DNA of 64,000 nucleotides from Gaiellaceae bacterium (GTDB lineage Bacteria; Actinomycetota; Thermoleophilia; Gaiellales; Gaiellaceae): positions 13,009 to 77,008 of the forward strand of contig JBCKBY010000001.1 of NCBI GenBank assembly GCA_038910715.1. The letters run 5' to 3'. The translations under genes and the position numbers were made by a program. How positions within the stretch are numbered: the first letter of the stretch is position 1; each line of letters opens with the position of its first letter. A model generated the notes under the pieces. That model saw only the letters and a list, made by a program, of their open reading frames with translations, was not told the origin of the DNA and searched no databases. This document shows, one piece after another, positions 55,173-63,686 of the stretch.

Positions 55173-56309
55173 GTGGGTCACGTACGACACCTCTACGTCC
55201 ATCTCCCGTTCTGCGCGCACCGCTGTGGGTACTGCGACTTCGTCACCGTGGTCGGCCGCGGCGAGGAACACGGCTCCTACGTCGATGCCCTGCTGACCGA
55301 GCTCGAGCTCGAAGGCGACGTCCTCGCCGACGGTCTCGAGACCGTCTTCCTCGGCGGTGGGACACCGACGTTCACCGACGCAACCGAGCTCGCGCGGCTC
55401 CTCGACGGGCTACCCGCTGCGGAGGAGCTCACGGTCGAAGCGAATCCCGAAACCGTGACGTCCGACCTCGCGCGTCTCCTGCCCAACCACGGTGTGAACC
55501 GCGTCTCCCTCGGGGCCCAGAGCTTCCAGCCGCACTTGCTCGCAGTGCTCGAGCGTCGCGCTGCTCCTGACGACGTTCGCCGGGCCGTGTCTGTCTTGCG
55601 AGAGGCGGGCTTCGACAACCTCTCGCTCGATCTCATCTACGGCGTCCCTGGCCAGAGCCCGTTCGACCTCGATCGCGATCTCGCGGAGGCTCTGGCGCTC
55701 GAGCCCGAGCACCTCTCCTGCTACGAGCTCGAAGCAAAACCGGGAACGCGGTTCACGCACGCCCACGGCGACGAGCTCGAGCGACAGGCGGAGGCGATGG
55801 AGGGCTACTTCGAGCAGGTCGTCGACACGCTGTCGAGCGCCGGGTACCGCTGGTACGAGACGGCAAACTTCTGCCTCTCGGGCGCAAAGGCCGGCGGGCG
55901 CGATCTCCGGGCACGGCACAACCTGGGCTACTGGCGCGGGCGTGACTACCTCGGCGTTGGAATGGGTGCGGTCTCGACGATCTCAGGCGAGCGTCGCCGG
56001 AATGCCCCCAGCCTGGCTCGTTACCTCGCTGCCTTGGCACGTGGCGCGAAGCCGCCTTCGGAGCTCGAGATCATCGATCGCGAGACCCACGAGCGCGAGA
56101 AACTCATGCTCGGTCTCCGGCTCGACGAGCCGCTCGCGCTCGCCGAGGTCGATCGCGCGCTCGACCACAGCGCCCTCATTCGTCTCGCCGCCCGTGGTTT
56201 GGTCGACCTGAGCACGAACGGGCGGGGCGAGGAGATCCGGCTCACCCGTCGCGGCCGCTTTCTCGGCGGCGGCGTGACCGCCGACCTGATGACGCTCGGG
56301 TCAGCCTGA
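55173..56309 (+). CDS. hemW: Radical-SAM heme chaperone HemW (formerly HemN-like)
   Basis: GTG 55173 gives LYVHLPFCAHRCGYCDF. Conserved position after lepA. Confidence 0.85.
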   Translation: MGHVRHLYVHLPFCAHRCGYCDFVTVVGRGEEHGSYVDALLTELELEGDVLADGLETVFLGGGTPTFTDATELARLLDGLPAAEELTVEANPETVTSDLARLLPNHGVNRVSLGAQSFQPHLLAVLERRAAPDDVRRAVSVLREAGFDNLSLDLIYGVPGQSPFDLDRDLAEALALEPEHLSCYELEAKPGTRFTHAHGDELERQAEAMEGYFEQVVDTLSSAGYRWYETANFCLSGAKAGGRDLRARHNLGYWRGRDYLGVGMGAVSTISGERRRNAPSLARYLAALARGAKPPSELEIIDRETHEREKLMLGLRLDEPLALAEVDRALDHSALIRLAARGLVDLSTNGRGEEIRLTRRGRFLGGGVTADLMTLGSA

Positions 56310-56327
56310 ACGAGCGCGAGGGCTCGT
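56310..56327. terminator. Short hairpin between convergent hemW and the TadG-like gene
   Basis: acgagc-gcgagg-gctcgt. Only 6 bp, so weak. Confidence 0.3.
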
Positions 56328-58810
56328 CACTCGACGAGCACGGCGACGCACGGCTGGAAGCTCGCTTCGGGGTTGCAGAGGACGCCCGATCCGCCGGTCG
56401 TGAACGGCGACGGCGTGACGTCTTTCAGGAAGTGGCCCCAGACCCACGTCGTATTGCGCGAGTAGTCGAGGTCCGGCGGAGGCTCGTTGCCGTTGCCGTT
56501 GTACAGGTCGCCGTCGTTCCCGAAGTCGCACGGGTCATCGGGCCCTCCGCCCTGCCAGCCGCCGTTCTGAGTCGTGCCGTAGCCGGTGACGTAGAAGTTA
56601 CCGAACCCGACGACAGCGAAGACGTCGTTCCCGGGCGACGTGAAGGAGTCGTATGTCGTGAAGAAGAGCGTGACGAGGCGTGGGTCCACGTCGCTGATCG
56701 TGTTTCCCTTGGGTTGGCCCGAAGGAATTCCGGTTCCGTCCCAGGCGAACGTCTCCTCGTCGTAGACGTTGTTGTCGCGGTGCCAGTAGTTGCGCCCTTT
56801 TACGTACTCGTCGGCGTCGCCCGGGCAGTTAGGGTTGTTGGAGACGCCGAAGAGCCGCAGGTTGAAGCCCTGGATGATCTGCTGCGGGTTCGCCGTCGTC
56901 TGCGTCAGCACGCAGCGGAACGAAGGCCAGTTGTCGAACGGCTCCGGCTTCGGAACGTCGAAAAACCCGGCCGTTCCCGGGCAGAGCGGCGTCGTGTCGA
57001 ACTTGTTCGCTGCGTACGAGGGCCACTGGCACCCGGTGACGATCTCCGACTTCAGGTTCGCAATGTTCGGGTCGCAGTCGATCACGGCGCGTTGGCTCGA
57101 GCCGGTCCCGACGTTGAGGGCGATCGGCGGTTCGTCCTGGTCCCGGGCGAGCCCGCCGGAAAGGCCCATCTCGGCGACATAGCATCGCTGCGCTCCCGCG
57201 GGCTGACTCGCGGCGTCGACACCCAGTATGAGGTCGGTGCCGACGATCCTGTCCGTGAGCGTCGCCACGTTGCAGTCCTGGTCGACGGTCATCCTCAGCC
57301 ATTCGAGAGGACCCGTGCGGTCGATGTCGCCCATGAACGACCGCTGGATCGGGGCGGCCAGGATCTGTGCATCCGTCGGCGGCACGCTCTCCGAGATGCT
57401 GCTCGCCGTCCGGAACCAACGGCAGTTATCGTTGTAGTCCCCACTGCAGTCCGGATCGCTCGCGTTGACCGCGTTCCTGATCCTGATCTCGAGTGCCACC
57501 GCGTTGCCCCGAGAGCTCGCGGTGATGGGGAGGTGCGGCGACGTTCCTCCGCCGGTCGTCGAGAACGTGACGACGTTCGTCGCGTCGGGACTGTTCGGCA
57601 GCAAGTCGCACTGGACCGTGTAGTTGCAGGACGAGGTACCGTCAGCGCGGACGAGCCGGTACCGCACCTGGACGTCCGACGCCTTCAGGGGGCCGGTGTT
57701 CCCTGCAGGTGGGGGATAGTCCCCGAGGAGCGCGCCCAGGTCGACCTTCACGTTCAAGCGCACGGTGCACGAGCTCGGCAAGGAGTTGAAGTACGCGCCG
57801 CAGGCGAGGGACTGACTGTCGAGGTAGGCCGTCCTGAGCTGGGGCGGCCCGGTTCCCGTGTCGGCGCTCCCGTAGCCACGGATGAAGTGGACACCCGAGC
57901 GAACCGTCTGCGTCGTTCCGCTTCCGTCCGCGTCGTAGCACTGGACCGCGCCGGTCGCCTGGCGGCAGAACGTGTCCACCGGCTGCCCAGTCCACCCGGA
58001 GTCTTCCAGGCAAGGCGGCCCTGCAGGCGGTGTGCCCGCTCCGCAAGCTGGGCGGAAGCTCGTCGCGACCACGACCCCGGTCGTCTCGTCGACGTTGAAG
58101 CTCGCCCATGAGCTGCTCGTATCGCCGACGGCAGGCTCGGTCGTCCACTGCCCCAAGCCGGGCGGGACGCCGAAGAGGCAGCTGGGAGTCGCCAGCGAAC
58201 AGACCTGCCGGAAGTACTCGACATCGAGGATGTTGCCGTTCGCCTCGTCGTAGAAGACGGCTGCGGCGCTCAGTGGCTGAGGAAGCCTCACCGCAACCGG
58301 TAGGAGGCCGGTGAGACCGTCGATCTCCTCGATCTGGACGCGCGCCTTCCGCTTGATGTCCGGGAAGAACGGGAGCACGCTGAAGAGCGGGAACGAGTTG
58401 TCCTCGGTCGCCTTCACATCGAGGACCTTCGTCTCGCAGATCGAAGCGCTAGCGGGGCTGTTCTTCTCGAGTGGGAACGGGTTCGAGTCGTCGTCGTACC
58501 ACGCGCTCCCGTTGAGAATGACGTGGATCTTCGACTCGCCGACTCCCCCGACCTGTGGGTTGAACGTCGTACCGACGTACGGCGCGCCGTCCGCCTTCGT
58601 GTGCGGGCCGACGTACGTGCGAGCCTGATTCTCGATCCTCAGGTCGACGTCGGCCCCGCATGGAAAGCCCCACGCGGTGCCGCCGGCGAATACGGCGGCA
58701 TCCGCCTTCGTCTGGAGGTGTTTCGCATGCACGAACCAGTTACCGAGCGTGATGACGATCGCACCGAGCCCGAGAAACACGGGAAGCATCAGCGCGAACA
58801 GCACCACCAC
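56327..58810 (-). CDS. Large secreted/anchored TadE/TadG-like (Flp pseudopilin-type N-terminus) cysteine-rich protein; N-terminus probably extends upstream of 58810
   Basis: 827-aa ORF. N-terminus VVVLFALMLPVFLGLGAIVITLGNWFVHAKHLQTKADAAVFAGG matches the TadG-like domain pattern. 24 Cys, mostly in close pairs, and a G/T/N/D/P/W-rich body. The antisense ORF is Arg-rich junk. Confidence 0.75.
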   Translation of the reverse strand: MVVLFALMLPVFLGLGAIVITLGNWFVHAKHLQTKADAAVFAGGTAWGFPCGADVDLRIENQARTYVGPHTKADGAPYVGTTFNPQVGGVGESKIHVILNGSAWYDDDSNPFPLEKNSPASASICETKVLDVKATEDNSFPLFSVLPFFPDIKRKARVQIEEIDGLTGLLPVAVRLPQPLSAAAVFYDEANGNILDVEYFRQVCSLATPSCLFGVPPGLGQWTTEPAVGDTSSSWASFNVDETTGVVVATSFRPACGAGTPPAGPPCLEDSGWTGQPVDTFCRQATGAVQCYDADGSGTTQTVRSGVHFIRGYGSADTGTGPPQLRTAYLDSQSLACGAYFNSLPSSCTVRLNVKVDLGALLGDYPPPAGNTGPLKASDVQVRYRLVRADGTSSCNYTVQCDLLPNSPDATNVVTFSTTGGGTSPHLPITASSRGNAVALEIRIRNAVNASDPDCSGDYNDNCRWFRTASSISESVPPTDAQILAAPIQRSFMGDIDRTGPLEWLRMTVDQDCNVATLTDRIVGTDLILGVDAASQPAGAQRCYVAEMGLSGGLARDQDEPPIALNVGTGSSQRAVIDCDPNIANLKSEIVTGCQWPSYAANKFDTTPLCPGTAGFFDVPKPEPFDNWPSFRCVLTQTTANPQQIIQGFNLRLFGVSNNPNCPGDADEYVKGRNYWHRDNNVYDEETFAWDGTGIPSGQPKGNTISDVDPRLVTLFFTTYDSFTSPGNDVFAVVGFGNFYVTGYGTTQNGGWQGGGPDDPCDFGNDGDLYNGNGNEPPPDLDYSRNTTWVWGHFLKDVTPSPFTTGGSGVLCNPEASFQPCVAVLVE

Positions 58811-59019
58811 CTGGCCGCGCTCGCGCGAGCGACCCCGACCGGCGTGTGCGGTGCTTCCCGCACTGCCGAGCGTTACGACACCCTGATCACCACGGATCTG
58901 CCGCAGCGTGACCCGCCCCTTTCTTTCCCCATCACCAGTATCGGCCCTTCCGCTCGGAATTGGAAGAGGCTCGAGCGAAACGTGAATCGGCGGGATCCCC
59001 GGCTACCATCGGAAGCAGG

Positions 59020-60048
59020 ATGCAACTCACGCCACGCAAGCGCGAGATCCTTCGCCGTGTCATCGAGGAGCACGTGGCAACCGGCCAGCCGGTCGGGTCG
59101 AAGGTGCTCGTCGAACGCGCGGGCCTACGGGTCTCCTCGTCGACCGTCCGCGGCGAGCTCGCGGAGCTCGAGATGCTCGGCCTGCTCACGCATCCACATA
59201 CCTCCGCCGGCCGAACGCCGACCGAGAGCGGCTACCGCCTGTACGCCGAGGAGCTCGTGGACGCCGTGGAAGGGCGCCCTGACGCTCTCGGCGTCGACCT
59301 TCGAACCATGCGTGACGAGATCGAGGGCGCCCTGCGCACGACGACCGAGATGCTGTCGCGCACCACTCGACTTCTGGCGCTCGTCTCCGCGCCGTCGCTC
59401 GAGACGGCGTCGATCCGTCATATCGAGGTCCTCGCGCTTCAGCCGACGAGCCTGATGGTGGTGGTGATCACGTCGACGGGCGGTGTGACCAAGCGGCACT
59501 TCCGGCTCGAGGAGCCGGTCGACCCTGGTCTTGTCGCCTGGGCCTCGGAATACCTCGAGGATCAGCTCGTCGGCAGCAGGTTGGGCTCGAGCTCGGTTCG
59601 GCGACGCCTCGAGGCGCCCGAGCTCGCTCCGCGAGAGCGCGCATTCCTCGAGCTCATCGGTCAGACGTTGCTCGAGGTCGGTTCCGAGGAAGGCCCTCAG
59701 GTGTTCGTCGGCGGGACCGCGAGTCTTCTTGGAGAGGCGCGCGTCGAGGAGGTAGAAGCGACGATGCGTCTCCTCGAGCTTCTCGAACGCCGTGCCGCGG
59801 TGCTCGAGCTCGTCAGCGAAGCCCTCGAGCCACGACGCCCGGTCGTTCACGTCGGACCCGAAGTTGGTGGGGGCCAGCATCACTCCGTGTCCCTCGTCGG
59901 CGCCACCTACGGGATTCGGTCGACGCCGCTCGGTGCCGTCGGCCTTGTCGGCCCCCTGCGGATGGACTACGAGAAGGCGATTCGGATCGTGCGGGCGGCG
60001 GCGTTCGAGCTTTCACGCTTCGTCGAGGACGTCTACGAAGAGGACTAG
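59020..60048 (+). CDS. hrcA: Heat-inducible transcription repressor HrcA
   Basis: ATG 59020 gives MQLTPRKREILRRVIEEHVATGQPVGSKVL, plus LTHPHTSAGRTPT. Confidence 0.9.
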   Translation: MQLTPRKREILRRVIEEHVATGQPVGSKVLVERAGLRVSSSTVRGELAELEMLGLLTHPHTSAGRTPTESGYRLYAEELVDAVEGRPDALGVDLRTMRDEIEGALRTTTEMLSRTTRLLALVSAPSLETASIRHIEVLALQPTSLMVVVITSTGGVTKRHFRLEEPVDPGLVAWASEYLEDQLVGSRLGSSSVRRRLEAPELAPRERAFLELIGQTLLEVGSEEGPQVFVGGTASLLGEARVEEVEATMRLLELLERRAAVLELVSEALEPRRPVVHVGPEVGGGQHHSVSLVGATYGIRSTPLGAVGLVGPLRMDYEKAIRIVRAAAFELSRFVEDVYEED

Positions 60049-60056
60049 AAAGCGCC

Positions 60057-61193
60057 ATGGCCACGACTGAGAGCGAGTACTACGAACTTCTGGGAGTCTC
60101 TCGCGACGCCAGCGACGCCGACATCAAGAGTGCGTTTCGTGCGCTCGCACGCGAGCTCCATCCCGACGTCTCGACCGCCCCCGACGCGGACGCGCGCTTC
60201 AAGGAGGTCGTCGAGGCGTACGAGGTGCTCTCCGACTCCGAGCGCCGAGCGACTTACGACCGCTTCGGGAAAGCAGGTCTGAAGAACGGTGGGTTCGAGC
60301 CGATGTACGCCGACTTCGGAAATCTCACCGACGTGTTCGCGGCGTTCTTCGGCGACGACCTCCTGGGCGGAACCGGAAGTTCGAGACAGCGGTCGCAGCG
60401 CGGCGGTGATCTTCAGGCCGTGGTGGAGATAGACCTCGAGGATGCGTTCACCGGGCTGGGCGTCTCGGTGCCGCTCGAAGTTGCGTTGCCGTGCGATCGC
60501 TGTGCGGCAAGCGGAGCCGAGCCGGGAACGGGGGCGAGCACCTGTCGAACCTGCTCGGGCGCCGGTGTCGTGCGGAGCGTCTCGCAGAACATCTTTGGCC
60601 AGTTCGTCCAACAGCGCGCGTGTTCGGACTGCGGCGGCGTCGGCGAAGTCCTCGAACAGCCGTGTAGTCAGTGTCGTGGTGACGGACGTGTTGTCCTCGG
60701 CCGCAAGCTCGACGTCGATGTCCCTAGAGGGATCCACGACGGGCAGCAGATTCGCGTCCGAGGAGAGGGCCACGCCGGTTTCCGGAGCACCGATCGTGGC
60801 AACGCGTTCGTCGTCGTGCGCGTCCGACCCGACGCGCGATTCGTGCGGGACGGCGACGATCTGCACACCGCTGTACGGCTGACGATGACCGACGCCGCGC
60901 TCGGAACCACGACGAAGGTCACGACTCCCGCGGGCGACGTCGACCTCGACATTCGTGCCGGTGCTCAGCCAGGCGAGGTTCGCGCAGTCAAGGGGCAGGG
61001 CATGCCGTCGCTTCGGGGGTCACGCCGAGGTGACCTGTACGTCAGGCTCGACGTCGCCGTACCGACGCATCTGACAGACGAGCAGCGGAGGCTTCTCGAG
61101 GACGTCGACGCCAAGGTGGGGCCGGACGCGTACGCGTCGCCGGACGACGAGGACGAAGGGTTCTTCCACCGCCTCAAGAGCGCCCTTCGCTGA
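60057..61193 (+). CDS. dnaJ: Molecular chaperone DnaJ
   Basis: J-domain (YYELLGVSRDASDADIKSAFRALARELHPD) and four CxxCxG zinc-finger repeats. Confidence 0.95.
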   Translation: MATTESEYYELLGVSRDASDADIKSAFRALARELHPDVSTAPDADARFKEVVEAYEVLSDSERRATYDRFGKAGLKNGGFEPMYADFGNLTDVFAAFFGDDLLGGTGSSRQRSQRGGDLQAVVEIDLEDAFTGLGVSVPLEVALPCDRCAASGAEPGTGASTCRTCSGAGVVRSVSQNIFGQFVQQRACSDCGGVGEVLEQPCSQCRGDGRVVLGRKLDVDVPRGIHDGQQIRVRGEGHAGFRSTDRGNAFVVVRVRPDARFVRDGDDLHTAVRLTMTDAALGTTTKVTTPAGDVDLDIRAGAQPGEVRAVKGQGMPSLRGSRRGDLYVRLDVAVPTHLTDEQRRLLEDVDAKVGPDAYASPDDEDEGFFHRLKSALR

Positions 61194-61222
61194 GCGACGA
61201 GGTCCGCCGCGTAGCGATCAGG

Positions 61223-61966
61223 GTGCCGGATGGCGAGGAGGAGATCGCCCGCGCACGCATGCTCGAGCTCGTCCCCGACGGATTCGAAGAGGTCGACGGC
61301 CCCGGCTGGATCGAGCTCGCCGCGTATACCGACAGTGCCGGCGAGGAGAGGATTCGCGAGGTATTCGCTGGGGTCTTCGCACGCTCGGTCGACGATGGCT
61401 GGGCGGATCGCTGGCGCGACTTCCACCGGCCCGTGCGTGTCGGCGGGCTCTGGATCGGCCCGCCCTGGGAGCCGGCACCGAGCGGCGAGCAAGTGGTCGT
61501 CGTCGATCCCGGCCGCGCGTTCGGGACGGGCGCGCATCCGACGACACGCATGTGTATCGAGCTGCTCTCAGGACTCGAGCGCGGAGCCCTGCTCGATGCC
61601 GGCTGCGGCTCGGGTGTGATCGCAGTCGCTGCGGTGCGTCTCGGGTTCAGTCCGGTCATCGCGGTGGACGCCGATCCCGTCGCCGTCGAGGTCGCTCGAG
61701 AAACCGCACGCCGAAACGGCGCGTCCGTCGACGTGCACGAGCTGGACGTCCTGCGCGACGCCGTGCCCGCCGCTGACGTCATCGTTGCCAACATCGAGCT
61801 CGCAGTGGTCGAGTCTCTGCTCGCGCGCCGGCCGGCTCGCACAGTTGTCACCGCCGGCTACCTTGCCGGCGAACGACCTCGTGCGAACGGGTGGACGGTG
61901 GTGCGCGCTCTCGAGCTCGAAGGCTGGGCCGCCCGCGTTTTCGTTGCTACGGACGAGCCCCACTAA
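61223..61966 (+). CDS. prmA: Ribosomal protein L11 methyltransferase (coordinates use the first canonical GTG; probably starts at CTG 61190)
   Basis: DPGRAFGTGAHPTTRMCIELL and LLDAGCGSGVIAVAA SAM motifs. Family-like N-terminal strand RRVAIRVPDGEEE lies partly upstream of GTG 61223. Confidence 0.8.
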   Translation: MPDGEEEIARARMLELVPDGFEEVDGPGWIELAAYTDSAGEERIREVFAGVFARSVDDGWADRWRDFHRPVRVGGLWIGPPWEPAPSGEQVVVVDPGRAFGTGAHPTTRMCIELLSGLERGALLDAGCGSGVIAVAAVRLGFSPVIAVDADPVAVEVARETARRNGASVDVHELDVLRDAVPAADVIVANIELAVVESLLARRPARTVVTAGYLAGERPRANGWTVVRALELEGWAARVFVATDEPH

Positions 61967-61969
61967 CGC

Positions 61970-61990
61970 CTTGTGACAACTTGTCACAAG
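61970..61990. promoter_or_regulatory. 21-bp perfect palindrome, site 2a (cttgtgacaa-c-ttgtcacaag)
   Basis: 10-bp perfect arms, 4 nt after the prmA stop and upstream of mtaB. Same core as sites 1a and 1b. Confidence 0.6.
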
Positions 61991-62046
61991 TAGGCGTCGC
62001 GTGGCGGGCTCCCGGCTCCGAAGCGGGTTGTCGAGAGAATCGATCT

Positions 62047-62067
62047 CAAGTGACAATTTGTCACAAA
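62047..62067. promoter_or_regulatory. 21-bp operator-like site 2b (caagtgacaa-t-ttgtcacaaa)
   Basis: 7-bp perfect inner arms gtgacaa/ttgtcac, 77 bp from site 2a and 74-94 nt upstream of the mtaB ATG. Confidence 0.6.
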
Positions 62068-62140
62068 GGCACCGAGACGACCGCGAGATCGGGGCCGCGA
62101 CTGTAGGCAAGGGGTAAAGCGCACTAAGCTTGACACCTCG

Positions 62141-63340
62141 ATGGCGACTTTCTCCGTTCGCTTCCTGGGCTGCAAGGTTTCCTACACGGATTCCCAAGCC
62201 GTGCGCGAGCAGCTGCTCTTGGACGGCCACGTCGAGGTCGAGACTCCAAACACACCCGATATCGCAGTCGTCAATACCTGTTGTGTGACGAACGAAGCGG
62301 TCTCGAAGTCCCGGCAGGCCATCTCGCGCGCTGCCCGATCCCATGGTCGGGTCTACGCGACCGGCTGCGGCGCGCGCCTCGAAGGCGCGTTCGGCGGTAT
62401 GCCCGAGAACGTGAGTGTCGTCCGACGCTCAAGCGAGGAGACGCCGGCGGCGATCGCCGGCGATGTGGGGGCGATCGCGTGCGTGCAGGCCGACGCGCGC
62501 CTGGAGCGGACGCGCGCTTTCGTGAAGATTCAGGACGGCTGCTCGTTCGCGTGCGCTTTCTGCGTGATCCCGCTCGTGCGCGGCGGCACGCGGAGCCGCC
62601 GTGCGGACGATGTCCTCCGCGAGATTGCGCGACGCGCCGATCAGGGACATCGAGAAATCGTCCTGACCGGCGTCAATCTCGGATGCTTCCGCGACCGCGA
62701 GGCGGGATTCACGCTCCCGCGCCTCATTCGCGAGGCGGGTGCCGTTCCCGGGGTCGAGCGTCTTCGACTCTCGTCGATTGAGGTGAATCACCTAACGGAC
62801 GAGCTCGTCAGCGCCCTCCGCGAGACACGGACGGCGTCACTCCATCTCCACGTTCCGCTGCAATCCGGGGATGACGAGGTCCTTCGCGCGATGGGTCGCC
62901 GCTATACGGCCGCGCAGTACCTCGCGAAGCTCGAGCCGCTCAGAGAGTTCAACCTCACCGCCGACGTCATCGTCGGCTTCCCCGGGGAGGACGAGTACGC
63001 ATTCGGCCATACGCTGGAACTCGTGGAGCGGTCCGGCATCACGAAGGTCCACGTGTTCCCGTACTCGCCGCGTCCCGGAACCCAAACGGCCGAGGCGGAC
63101 TCCGTCCCGGCTCGCGTGAAGAAGGAGCGGAGCGCTCGGCTGCGTGCACTCTCGGACGAGCTTTGCCGCCGGCGGTGGAGGTCGAAGGTGGGGACTACCG
63201 ATCGCGTTCTCGTCGATCGGCCCGGCCGAGGCTACGGTGATGACTACACACCCTGGCTCCTCGACGCCGAAGTGGGACAGCTCGTGGACGCCCGCGCCAT
63301 CGCGCTCTCGGAGGAGGGCATCCTTGCCGTCGCCGCGTGA
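62141..63340 (+). CDS. mtaB: Radical-SAM methylthiotransferase, MtaB-like (MiaB/RimO family)
   Basis: UPF0004 N-domain (LGCKVSYTDS...VVNTCCVT), radical-SAM motif CSFACAFCVIP, and a TRAM-like C-terminus. Confidence 0.8.
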   Translation: MATFSVRFLGCKVSYTDSQAVREQLLLDGHVEVETPNTPDIAVVNTCCVTNEAVSKSRQAISRAARSHGRVYATGCGARLEGAFGGMPENVSVVRRSSEETPAAIAGDVGAIACVQADARLERTRAFVKIQDGCSFACAFCVIPLVRGGTRSRRADDVLREIARRADQGHREIVLTGVNLGCFRDREAGFTLPRLIREAGAVPGVERLRLSSIEVNHLTDELVSALRETRTASLHLHVPLQSGDDEVLRAMGRRYTAAQYLAKLEPLREFNLTADVIVGFPGEDEYAFGHTLELVERSGITKVHVFPYSPRPGTQTAEADSVPARVKKERSARLRALSDELCRRRWRSKVGTTDRVLVDRPGRGYGDDYTPWLLDAEVGQLVDARAIALSEEGILAVAA

Positions 63341-63686
63341 GGATTGCCTCTTCTGCAGGCTGGTCGCCGAGGGCGATCACGTGCACAGCGCCGACGGCTT
63401 CGTGGCGATTCGTGACATCAACCCGATCTCCGAGACGCACCTGCTCGTGCTCCCGCAACGGCACATCGACACGTTCAAGGAGGTCGCGGCCTTCCCGGAC
63501 GACGAGGCTGCGCGAATGCTCCGATTCGTGTCAGAGACCGCTGAAGTCGCCGGTCTTGACGACTACCGTGTGCTCGTGAACGTCGGAGCCGGCGCGGGGC
63601 AGACCATCTTTCACCTCCACTGGCATGTCCTCGGGGGGCGGCCTGACAGGGAGCGAATCGCTCGCGCCTTGGAGGCGACGGCGTGA
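63324..63686 (+). CDS. HIT (histidine triad) family protein
   Basis: TTG 63324 gives MPSPREDCLFCRLV. Histidine triad HLHWHVLGG. Overlaps the mtaB 3' end by 17 nt. Confidence 0.75.
   Translation: MPSPREDCLFCRLVAEGDHVHSADGFVAIRDINPISETHLLVLPQRHIDTFKEVAAFPDDEAARMLRFVSETAEVAGLDDYRVLVNVGAGAGQTIFHLHWHVLGGRPDRERIARALEATA

Noticed and set aside
56432-58111. 559-aa plus-strand ORF
   Set aside because: It is antisense to the TadG-like gene. Its translation is dominated by R/V/A/E runs with no motifs, whereas the minus-strand frame has protein-like composition and a recognisable N-terminal domain.
61970-62067. Identification of the AT-rich palindromes as Rex (TTGTGAA-N4-TTCACAA) or CRP/GlxR (TGTGA-N6-TCACA) operators
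   Set aside because: The half-site words are similar, but the spacing is one base longer (TGTGA-N7-TCACA) in both sites. The locus-1 sites have T instead of G/C at the key positions. Assigning them to a known regulator is therefore not justified from sequence alone.
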